Below, one piece after another: positions 1 through 10,900 of a stretch of 64,000 bases of DNA. A program made the position numbers and the translations under genes. This DNA comes from Somniosus microcephalus. Lineage: Eukaryota. Each line of letters opens with the position of its first letter. Positions within the stretch are counted from its first letter, which is position 1. The stretch is from NCBI GenBank assembly GCA_052327205.1, contig CM126226.1:54622001-54686000 (forward strand). The letters run 5' to 3'. The notes under the pieces are model-generated. The model searched no databases, had not been told where the DNA came from, and saw nothing but the letters and a program-made list of their open reading frames with translations.

Positions 1-445
1 AAGCTCACCTCAACGTGTGATATGTGACAATATTGCTGCAAAATTCACAGCACAGTTCTGCGTGCAGCTTGGAACTACATCAGTGGAACTATTACTGAGG
101 ATGACGGCCTCGTTCACCTCAAATGGAGAAAACTGTGTTTCATCTAAAACATGTGCAATCCCAGTTTAAATCAGCATTGATGGTGCGAGGCAGTCCTGCC
201 AACAGGCTGTATAATTCACAATTACTTACTCTGTATATTCATGTACTTTGCTAATACGTATTTTCATATTTAAAAGAGGTGAAATTGCTTTGTGAAGTGA
301 CATGTTATTCTGTAGGTAGTAATTTACCTAAAATGGCACATTTTCTTAATGCAATGGGTTATTAAAAGAAAAACGATAAATACTTTGTAAAGGTTACCGA
401 TAAACACAAACATTTCACATTTGTGCCCAGATTAGTGATTCAAAG

Positions 446-900
446 TCAGCTGTGGCTCAGTGGGCAGCCCCCTCGCCTCTGAGTCAGAAGGTTGTGGGTT
501 CAAGTCCCACTCCAGAGACTTGAGCACATAAAGCTAGGCTGACACTCCAGTGCAGTGCTGAGGGAGTGCTGCACTGTCGGAGGTGCCATCTTTCAGGTGA
601 GACGTTAAACCGAGGCCCCATCTGCTCTCTCAGGTGGGTGTAAAAGATCCCGTGGCATTATTTTGCAGGGGAGTTATCCCCGGTATCCAGCCAATATTTA
701 TCCCTCAATCAACATCACTAAAACAGATTAACTGGTCATTATCACAATGTTGTTTGTGGGAGCTTGCTGTGCACAAATTGACTGCCGCTTTTCCCACATT
801 ACAACAGTGACTACACTTCAAACGTACTTCATTGGCTGTAAAGCGCTTTGGGACGTCCTGAGGTCGTGAAAGGTGCTATAGAAATGCAAGTTCTCTCTCT
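446..900 (+). mobile_element. tRNA-headed DeuSINE (SacSINE1-like), full length
   Basis: A box TGGCTCAGTGG, B box GGTTCAAGTCC, Deu-like central domain, tail ...GCTATAGAAATGCAAG; paralogous to 4529-5140. Confidence 0.85.
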
Positions 901-1107
901 CAAAGTGACATATTAGTACTTCTTCTTTCGTATGTTAGTAGCAAAGCAAATCAATGTCACTATCCAAGTCAGATATCCAGGCCAAAGCTTCCGGTGTAAC
1001 AGTGTGGATATCTTGTCGGCTGCCTGCGAATTTCCTCTGAGGAAGAAGCACTGCATCACAAAACTCAGAACTGAAAAAATCTGCCGATACTGATTGTAGC
1101 ATTTAAT

Positions 1108-2201
1108 GGCCCAGGAATTCCGTTCGCAGCCCTCCCGCTGGCGGAGTGCTGCACTTTGGAAAAATCTCCACCTGGACAGGAGGGCTCCTGGGAGGCGCAG
1201 AGTTCCGTTGCTGGGCCTCTTCAAACTGCCGGTGCGCAGGGCCCATGTACCCCAGAGGCGCAGGTAGTTCGCAGCGTCCCTGGGATCATGTGGGCCATGG
1301 GGAGTCAATCAGAGCAGGAAATCTCCATTCATAGATTTATAGAAACATAGAAACATTGAAGATAGGAACAGGAGTCGGCCATTCGGCCCCTCGAGCCTGC
1401 TCCGCCATTCACTGCAATCATGGCTGATCATCCAAACTCAGTACCCTGTCCCTGCTTTCTCCCCATACCCCTTGATCCCTTTAGCCTTAAGAAATATATC
1501 CAACTCCTTCTTGAATATATTTAATGAATTGGCCTCTACTGCCTTCTGTGGTAGAGAATTCCACAGGTTCACCACTCTCTGGGTGAAGAAATTCCTCCTC
1601 ATTTCTGTCCTAAATGGCTTACCCCTTATCCTTAGACTGTGACCCCTGGTTCTGGACTCCCCGACCATCGGGAACATCCTTCCTGGAAGACCTGTCAAAT
1701 CTATTGAATAGAGATCAGTCCCAAAACATAGTAAAACTTCAAATACATTTTTTTTTAAATCACATTTTTAAAATGACTATAAATTACATAAATTAACTAT
1801 TTTAAACAAAAATTTAAATTTTTGAAAAAATAATTAAAGTTTTCAACAGGGCTAAAAATAAACTTACCTTTCTTTAAAGTATTTTAAAATGATAAGTCAG
1901 TGGAAAAATTTTTTTTTTTTTTTTTTACTTTCTTCAACTCTTAGCCTGGTAAAAGCAGGCCTTTACAGGCGCAAGAATTGTAAGGGTTTTCTGCGGGCGG
2001 AGGGTCTCCAAAAAGCGGAACTATCCGCCCGCAGAGGCCCTTCTCCCGGGCAGCCGGAGGATCTGTCGAGAGCTTTCTTGACAGATCGGAAATGCCGGTT
2101 TCCAGCGCATGCGCAGTGCTAGCCTGAAACCGGCATTTCCGATGTCCCTACGAGTGAGTACACAGCGCGTACCCACCCGGAGGGATCGGAATTTCTGCCT
2201 C
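1108..2201. mobile_element. Non-autonomous DNA transposon (PIF/Harbinger-like MITE) with nested CR1
   Basis: Imperfect TIRs GGCCCAGGAATTCCG / GAGGCAGAAATTCCG, flanking 3-bp AAT on both sides, internal hairpins. Confidence 0.55.
1334..1685 (-). mobile_element. CR1/HER1 LINE 3' fragment
   Basis: ORF2 C-terminus TRGHSLRI...[17 protein letters not shown] plus (TTCTATGT)n-type tail. Confidence 0.92.
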
Positions 2202-2794
2202 AATATATTTAGGACTGTTACAAAAGAGTTATCACAGGTACAAGATCCCAAATAAATTATGCAAGATCGACAGAGTACAATTGTCATAAATCACTCTTCA
2301 ACAGTTTAACACTCACTATGGAAAATCGAAACTTCGAAACAGTCATCAATCTCATACACCACTTACACCAACAAACACCGATTTTGTTGTATCTGTTCTG
2401 TTCACCAATTAGGGGTTTTGTTGTATCTTATCATATAATTGAAACAGTTGATCGCAATCCACACAATGAAATACTGTATTGGAGTGCAGGGTCCATTGTT
2501 ATGTGGGCAGCTATTTTACACCAACAACCTTCCACAAATAGCAATCAGACAAGTGGTTTTTTTTTGCTAGTATATTTGAGGGAGGAATTTGAATAGTGCG
2601 TTGGGATCTTTAATGATTCCTTGAAAAAGTAGACAGAACTGCCAAGAGCTATCACAACAGTGTGGCAGGCACAGCTCAAGACATAGCGGTCATTAGAAGA
2701 TTGAAAGGTTGAGCTAAACTCTTGGGATTCAATCCCAAGACCTTTTTGCCCCAAAGTGAAAGTTCTCTGAATTGATTCAACTCTAATCAACACT

Positions 2795-3008
2795 GGTATT
2801 TCTCTGCCCCAGAGGGCTGTGGTTGCTGAGTCTTTGAGTATATTCAAGGCTGAGGTCGATAGATTTTTGGACTCGTGGGGAATCGAGGGATATGGGGATC
2901 GGGTGGGAAAGTGGAGTTGAGGTCGATGATCAGCCATGATCTTATTGAATGGCGGAGCAGGCTCGAGGGGCCGAATGGCCCACTCCTGCTCTTATTTCTT
3001 ATGTTCTT
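2795..3008 (+). mobile_element. CR1 LINE 3' fragment
   Basis: CR1 3'UTR GAATGGCGGAGCAGGCTCGAGGGGCCGAATGGCC. Confidence 0.88.
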
Positions 3009-3399
3009 AAAACTGGTTAGTGCCAAGTATCATGTGGGGGACTCCATTCACCTCCTGCTCAGGCTTCCTACAGGTGGGTCCCCATCCTGTGGGATAAATC
3101 TGTCAAGAATGGAAAGGACTAAGGAGGTGCTTAGAGCCACAGTTCTACCAACATGCTTGAGTTTTGTGACCATCATTGCATGGCGAACACCCTGATCTAC
3201 AGTAACGTATTCAGTGGGGTATATGTTGGGGAATAGTGTGTTAGAGGTTCAGTTGCAAGTGGTTGCACAAGCAGTTACCAAGCACTGCCGATTAATGGCC
3301 ACTGCCATTACATTTGCAATATGTGTGTAACAAAATGAGAGGCTCAACGTATAACCTGCATAAATTGTGCGAACATTTCTCCCCTCTACCACACCAGAT

Positions 3400-3675
3400 T
3401 ACAAAGTACTTACAGCCCAGAAACAGGCCATTCGGCCCAACTGGTCCGTGCCGGTGTTTCTGCTCCACACGAGTCTCCTCCCACCCTCTTCATCTCACCC
3501 GATCAACATATCCTTCTATTCCTTTCTCCCTCCTGTGTTTATTTAGCTTCCCCATGAGTGAATCGATACTATTCGCCTCAACCACTCCCTGTAGTAGCGA
3601 GTTCCACATTCTCGCCACTCTCTGGGTAAAGACGTTTCTCCTGAATTCCTTATTGGAATTGTTAGTGACTATGGC
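3400..3675 (-). mobile_element. CR1 LINE 3' fragment
   Basis: RRNVFTQRVARMWNSL peptide and CR1 tail. Confidence 0.85.
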
Positions 3676-3756
3676 CTCTAAATACAAAAAACTGATGGGG
3701 CTCCACTAACCTCCCCCCGGCTAACCTTCACCAGAATATCAGTGCTACTTTAATCC

Positions 3757-4145
3757 TGTGAGAGACAACATCATTGATGTCCGAGGCCGGGACCCAGGAG
3801 CGAGGACGAGCCCAGCAGCGAGATCAAGGCCCAGGAGGGGCGCAGCGTGGACCAGCAGCGGGGTCGGGGCCCAGGGAAGGTCCAGCACGGGCCAACAGCG
3901 AGGTCGGGAGGACCACAATGCATCCTACGAAACCCAGGCAGAGAGGACCTGCGGGAAGGAGGGAGGAGGACAGTAGCAGTATGTTTGTGTGTGTGTGCTA
4001 GGCCGATGTAGCAGAGCCTGGTCCCCAATCGTCTTGGATCCCCTTGCCATTGGACCAAGACCTTGCTTGGTCAAGCCCATGTGGTAGCTGGTGTGCGACG
4101 GCCACCCCACATTAAAAGAATTCACGCACAGGCATCTTCCACCAT
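3757..4145 (+). mobile_element. GC-rich retroelement-like fragment, possibly a LINE 5' region
   Basis: Abrupt CpG-rich block with short internal repeats (CCAGCAGCG); family not established. Confidence 0.35.
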
Positions 4146-4528
4146 CATCTCCACAGGTGCAGGTGAGTGTTACCTCATGCTGAGGATGCTTGCCACATGC
4201 TTTTCATTCAAAGTTGTTGGACCAGTGGCTCTGTGCTCAGAGTGTTGATTTCCAGAGCGAGTTGAGTAAAGGAACATTCCCTTCACACCCACTGTTTAGC
4301 TACTGTGGAGCCATACACCCAGATCAGATTTTTCATCTGACTGAAAACCAAGAGTTGTCCAGAAGACTCTAACCTCTGCTTTACATTCCACAATTTTCTG
4401 CCGGCCATAAAATCTTGGCCTTAATCCAATACAGATATATTAGTGTATGTCAAATGTGATCAGCATAAAATTCTTTGAGGTTGTAATCTAATAACGTTCA
4501 GGAAACTGGTTTATTTCGCTATGAGATG

Positions 4529-5140
4529 TCAGCCAGTGGCTCAGTGGGCAGCGCTCTCACCTCTGAGTCAGAAGGTTGTGGGTTCAAGTCTCACTCCAGA
4601 GACTTGAGCACATAAAGCTAGGCTGACACTCCCATGCAGTGCTGAGGGAGTGCTGCACTGTCTGGGGTGCTGCCTTTTGGATGAAACATTAAACCAAGGC
4701 CCCGTCTGCTCTCTCAGGTGGACGTAAAAGATCCCACGGCACTATTTCAAAGAAGAGCAGGGGAGTTATCCCCAGTGTCCTGACCAATATTTATCCCTCA
4801 ATCAACATCACTAAAACAATTTATCTGGTCATTATCACATTGCTGTTTGTGGGAGCTTGCTGTGCGCAAATTGGCTGCCGCGTTTTCTACATTACAACAG
4901 TGACTACACTTCAAAAAGTACTTCATTGGCTGTAAAGCGCTTTGGGACATCCAGTGGTCGTGAAAGGCGCTATAGAAATGGGGATCTTAAGGCTAAAGGG
5001 ATCAAGGGATATGGGGAGAAAGCAGGGACTGGGTACTGAATTTGGATGATCAGCCATGATCTCATTAAATGGCGGAACAGGCTCGAGGGGCCGAATGGCC
5101 TACTCCTGCTTCTATCATCTATGTTTCCAAGTCTTTATTT
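4529..5140 (+). mobile_element. SacSINE1-like DeuSINE with a CR1 tail nested at 4981-5127
   Basis: Colinear with 446-900; tail AAATG^CAAGTC interrupted by a CR1 3' end. Confidence 0.85.
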
Positions 5141-5776
5141 AATTGGCATGTCTATTATAAGAGGCAAATGTTTATTGCGCTAGGAAAGCAGAACCCTGTA
5201 CTAAAGCTGACACTATCTTGAGGTAGGCCTTTGTTAGCATCTTGTTTTCAAGACTTGAATGGTGACAATCTCCAGAAGTAATTCTGTCCCAACCATCTCA
5301 CTCCCCCCACTACCCCCCCACCCCCCCCAGAAATGAACGACTGGCTGGAAGTGTTTGTTCTCCAAACCCCCGAGGTGTTTACACTTCTTGCTGTATGAGG
5401 GATCCTGATGGGTTGCACTAAACTGACCCAGAAGCTCCAAGGGACAACTCTTCTGTAACAAATACAGAAATCACAAGGGGGGTGGGGGGAGGGCCGTGAT
5501 CTCCTCCCAAATCCATTGGATCATCTGGAATATTAAAAAAAGAGGAAATATTCTTTCAGGAACTTTCTCCTCCGAAGAAATTGGTAACCAGTCCATTGTC
5601 ACTGCCCTGCCAAGAACTGTAAAACTGTGGAAATATTTTGTTCCATTTCTTGACAACCTCTGAACATGGTGCTTATAGACATGGATTTTGTCTCTAGTCA
5701 CAGCATCCACCATTTTGTTCTGTATGCCTGCTGAATTTTATGCTGATCACATTTGACATACACTAATATATCTGTA

Positions 5777-5947
5777 ATAACAGAAAATGCTGGAAAAACT
5801 CATCAGGCCAGGCAACATCCGTGGAGCGAGAAATAGAGTCAACGTTGACTCTATTTCTCGCTCCACGGATGTTGCCTGGCCTGATGAGTTTTTCCAGCAT
5901 TTTCTGTTTATTCCGGATTTCCAGCATCCGCAGTATTTTGCTATCGT
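5777..5947. mobile_element. Penelope-like fold-back element, perfect palindrome
   Basis: Inverted arms 5779-5843 and 5844-5908; 15-bp TSD ACTAATATATCTGTA. Confidence 0.8.
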
Positions 5948-7616
5948 ACTAATATATCTGTATTGGATTAAGGCCAAGAGCTGGGGATTGTGTTTCATCT
6001 TGCTAATTGACACAGCAGACCAGTTATGCTATCAGGACACACCTTCAAAGGCCTATTTAGAACCTTTTCTTTGAATTGATTGAGCACAAATCATGCAAAT
6101 TTAAACAAAGGCCTCTTTATGTGCAAAGTATCACATAGCACACTCAACAGCACTTGTACACAGTTCCTGCAGGTGGGCCCCCATCCTGGAAGATGTATCT
6201 ATCTGGGTCATCAAGAGATGCTTGGAGCCACAGGCATAGCTCCAGGTATGTGGTTTGACTACTGTACGGCAAATATCCCTGATCTATACTAACTTATTCA
6301 GGCAGTAAAATGTGCAATGGATGGCTTAACAAGAAGGTAGTTGTAAGCAACTGCATAAGCAGTTTAGTGGGCTGCCATTACCCAGAATACATAAATAAAG
6401 GTTAACCTGCAGCTCAGATCCCACATGGATTATGGCATTCAGCTAGCATTCACAATGGATCTAGCCGAAGGGACAAATAGTATTCACTGTCCCATCAGGA
6501 AGCAGATTCTTACAAATAGATTGTCTGGCACAGCTGGGCTATCTGGTGAATACCTCCAAATTCCAGAGATTATAGTGGTGCCACTTCTGTAACCTGATCA
6601 AGCATTAAAGTAATGAAGCAATCCCTCCCGTGGCAGTAGGTAACCAACAAGTATTTGGTAACCACTGTGGATGATGTGAGACTGAGTGCCTTTGTTTTGG
6701 TAATACATTCCAACACCAAATCTCTCTCTCGTGGGCTCCTCTGATCCCACTCTGGATGTATGTATACTTCACGCCCAACACAGCTAGGCAGGTCTCCTTT
6801 GTCCTTGAAAGTGAAGAGCGATCTAGAATTGGCTGAAAATGTCACCTACTACTGGGGACTACAAAAGAGTGAAACCCAGTTTCCTAATCAGTAAGAATTT
6901 GTTCGATAGCCCTACTGAGCTGCATTTCTGAGAGCACCTTATCCAATAGGATTTTGCCTGTACTTCATCGAGCAGTCTGAGAAAATGATTCTCCTGAACA
7001 TTTACAGAGATTGAACAAAATATAGGCAGCAGTCTTGTACAATAGGTGAAATTCAAAGGCATTGCTTGAGACAGCATGTGATTTACCATCCCCTATAAAG
7101 GAGTACGCCGTAGGATGGAGTCTCAGTAGTGGATGCACGAGCTGTGAAAAGGGCTCCTCCTGGAAGCCCTGATAATGCATCGTGCTTGGAGTCGAGCAGT
7201 CCTTGGAGTGAAAGGACCAATACCTTTTTAACTGCAGGACTGGTGCATGCACTTCTGCCTGACCAACTTCATTGGAAATTCCTGCAATGCCCCACATTTC
7301 CAGTTTAAAACTCACCTCAACTTAGTCTTCTATGAGCCTGATGCTTAAAATAGCTTCAGCAAACCTTCCTTGACAGTGTGGGGAAAACCAAAGATTTTAA
7401 ACAAGTCAAAATGGCATACCTTGTACAACCATTGTCTAGAACAGCCAAGACCAACTGCTGCAGGAGCTTTGCTAGCTAACCAGTGCTATGCACCCAACAC
7501 AAAATACAGCTTTCCTGTTGTATCTCGTGATTACACCCTTCCGACACCTGGGGAAGATGAGGATTTCTGTACTGATGAAATCCAGAGTGCCTCGTATCTA
7601 AAATCATCAAGGTAAT

Positions 7617-7927
7617 TGTGGTAAACCACTTTTATCGTTCACTATCGTTCCACTATAGTTATCACTGTTGTATTGTTATCACTGTTCTCACTGTTGTATC
7701 ACTATACGAGGTCGCCTCTTGTCGCGCTGTTATACCTGGGCTGACCACCTCCGACTCCGCCCATGGCTCCACCTACCTGCCCAGGTATAAAGGTAGTCGA
7801 CTGGCTGGTATTCCTCCTTGTTGGACCCGATCACCCACGAGGGTGGGCTCTGTTATTTAGTCAATAAAAACCTTTAGTTACGTTCCTAACTCGTCGCTTT
7901 TTATTGGACGAATTGATAGGTATATCA
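7617..7927 (+). repeat. 5' LTR (311 bp)
   Basis: TGTGGTAAACCAC...GGTATATCA; TATAAA 7786-7791; AATAAA 7863-7868. Confidence 0.97.
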
Positions 7928-7928
7928 A

Positions 7929-7943
7929 TTTTATTGACTAAAT
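7929..7943 (+). promoter_or_regulatory. Non-tRNA primer-binding-site position, complementary to the element's own LTR
   Basis: TTTTATTGACTAAAT is the exact reverse complement of 7855-7869; no TGG start. Confidence 0.7.
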
Positions 7944-7950
7944 TTTAAAG

Positions 7951-10900
7951 ATGTCTACTACTGGCCAGCCAGAAGCCCTCCCAGAAGCACAGCCACAGCA
8001 GCTTTCAGACACCGGGCTACACCAGCCACACCAGCCGGCTTGGCTGCAAGCCCTCAAACCACCGTACCTGGATCTAAACCCACAGGCAGCAAACTCAGCC
8101 CTCGACTTCAAACACTGGCTGGGCTGCTTCGAATCCTACCTGGAAGAATCCGGCGTCCCTCAGAGATCCAAACTAAGAGTTCTGAACGCCCAAGCGAGCC
8201 CGAGAGTATACGCACTCATCCAGGACACGACTACATATGAGGCCGCTATCAACCTACTGAAACAGCAGTACCGGAGCCCGGTAAATTACATGTACACCAG
8301 GCACCTCCTAAGATCCCGCCCGCAACAGCCAGGAGAGTCTGTAGCTGAATTTTTACGGGTGCTAAGAGCACTCGGCAGGAACTGTGACTTTAAAGCGGTG
8401 ACGGCTGTTGAAAATACGGAAGATAATATCCGCGATGCCTTTGTGAAAGGCCTACGGTCCGACTACTCACGGCAAAGACTGCTTGAAGCTAAAGACCTCG
8501 ACCTGGACAAAGCTGAAGCCCTCGCTCTCTCCCTAGAGGTGGCCCATCAGGACCAGGAGGCGTTTTCCAGGTACTGCTCGCGACCCTGGGACTCGGGCCC
8601 GACCCCTACCGCAATACCCTTCGCAGCGCCGCCCCCGGGACCTACCTCAGCGTCGGCGTCCCGGACCCGACCGGGACCGCCACCCCCGGTACCGGCTCCG
8701 ACATCGGGCACCCGCGATCGGGCCGCCGGCTGCTTCCTTTGCGGCCAGGAGAAGCACCCGAGGTCGCGCTGCCCAGCCAGGAACTCTACCTGCTCAACCT
8801 GCAGGAAGAAAGGCCACTTCTCTAAGGCCTGCAGGAGCGGATCTTCAGAGGCCAGCAGTGCCTCATGCGAACTGTGGGGGCGGCCATCTTCTTTCAAGGC
8901 AACTGAGGCCAGCATCCCCACACGTGAGTCATGGGGGTGGCCATCTTTGATCAAGGCAACCGACCCCAATAGTGCCTCATGTGAGTTATGGGAGCAGCCA
9001 TCTTCTCCGCCATTTTGTCCTACCTCGTGGGAGACGCCATTTTACCCACCACGCCCGACTGCCACCGGGCCTCCGGACCCGACGGCCGCCTCGCCCGTAG
9101 ACGACAACGACTCGCTTACCTACACACTAGCCTCCGTCACTCTGGATCAAGCCCGCCCACACCACCTGTCCAAGTCGATGATGGACATCAAAGTAAACGG
9201 CCACGCCACGACCTGCCTGTTCGACAGCGGAAGCACGGAGAGCTTCATCCACCCAGACACGGTGAGCCACTACTCCCTCCCTGTCCTGCCAACGCGCAAC
9301 CGAATCTCGATGGCATCGAGGTCCCACGCCACGGACATTAGCGGCTATTGTGTTGTGACCTTGTCGGTTAAGGGTACGGAGTATAAAAATTTTAAACTCC
9401 TCGTCCTCCCCCAGCTCTGCGCTGCCGTCCTACTAGGGCTGGACTTCCAATCCCACCTCCAAAGTGTAACCCTAGCATACGGTGGACCCCTCCCCCCACT
9501 CACAGTCGACAACCAGCGAATGTTAAACCGCCCACCGCGTAACACCTGCAGCCTATCCACCCTCAAGGTACCGCCACCTTCCCTGTTCGCTAACCTCACC
9601 CCCGACTGCAAACCCGTCGCTACCAAGAGCAGGCGGTACAGCGCTGGGGACAGAGCCTTCATTAGCTCTGAGGTGCGGCGCCTCCTGAAAGAGGGCATTA
9701 TCGAGGGGAGCAACAGCCCCTGGCGTGCCCAGGTCGTGGTCGTTAAGACCGGCGATAAAAATCGCCTGGTCATCGACTACAGCCAGACCATAAACAGATA
9801 CACCCAGCTGGACGCATACCCCCTTCCCCGCATATCTGACATGGTCAATCAGATTGCACAATACCGCGTATTCTCGACCATCGACCTTAAGTCGGCCTAC
9901 CACCAACTCCCTATCCACCCCGAGGACCGCCAGTACACCGCCTTCGAGGCGAATGGGCGCCTATACCACTTCCTTAGGGTCCCCTTCGGTGTCACCAACG
10001 GGGTCTCGGTCTTCCAAAGGGAGATGGACCGGATGGTTGACCAGAACGGACTGCAGGCTACATTCCCCTATCTAGATAACGTCACCATCTGCGGCCGCGA
10101 CCGGCAGGACCATGACGTGAATCTGGAGAAATTCCTCCGTACGGCCCAACGGCTGAACCTCACCTACAATAAGGAGAAATGTGTGTTTAACACCTCGCGC
10201 CTTGCCATCCTTGGCTGTGTAGTAGAGAACGGACTCATCGGCCCCGACCCCGAAAGAATGCGCCCCCTCATGGAGCTACCCCTCCCCCACTGCCCTAAGG
10301 CACTTAAGAGAACCCTGGGGCTCTTCGCCTACTATGCCCAATGGGTGCCCAATTATGCGGACAAAGCCAGACCCCTCATGAAGTCCACATCCTTCCCCCT
10401 CACGGAGGAAGCGTGCGCGGCCTTCTCCCTCATCAAGGGAGACATAGCCAAGGCCACAATGCACGCAGTGGATGAGTCCATCCCCTTCCAAGTGGAGAGC
10501 GATGCATCCGACTTCGCCCTAGCCGCTACCCTTAACCAGGAGGGGAGGCCGGTGGCCTTCTTCTCAAGGACCCTACAGGGCCCCGAGATCCGACACTCGT
10601 CGGTCGAGAAGGAAGCCCAGGCAATTGTGGAGGCGGTACGGCGCTGGAGGCATTACCTGGCAGGCAAACGATTTACCCTCCTCACCGCCCAACGTTCGGT
10701 TGCTTTCATGTTTAATAACAAGCTGAGGGGCAAAATCAAGAATGACAAGATCTTGAGGTGGAGAATCGAGCTATCCACCTACGATGATGATATCTTGTAC
10801 CGGCCAGGTAAGCTGAGCGAACCCCCTGATGCTCTTTCACGAATTACATGCGCCAGCGCGCATATTGATAGACTTCAGACCCTCCACAACGACCTCTGCC

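Noticed and set aside
5747-6074. Short ORFs with matching peptides (RKCWKNS, MLEKL) recurring at 44, 52, 54 and 62 kb
   Set aside because: Products of the palindromic repeat family, not a gene family
8547-10491. Antisense ORFs within gag-pol
   Set aside because: Expected shadows of a GC-rich coding strand
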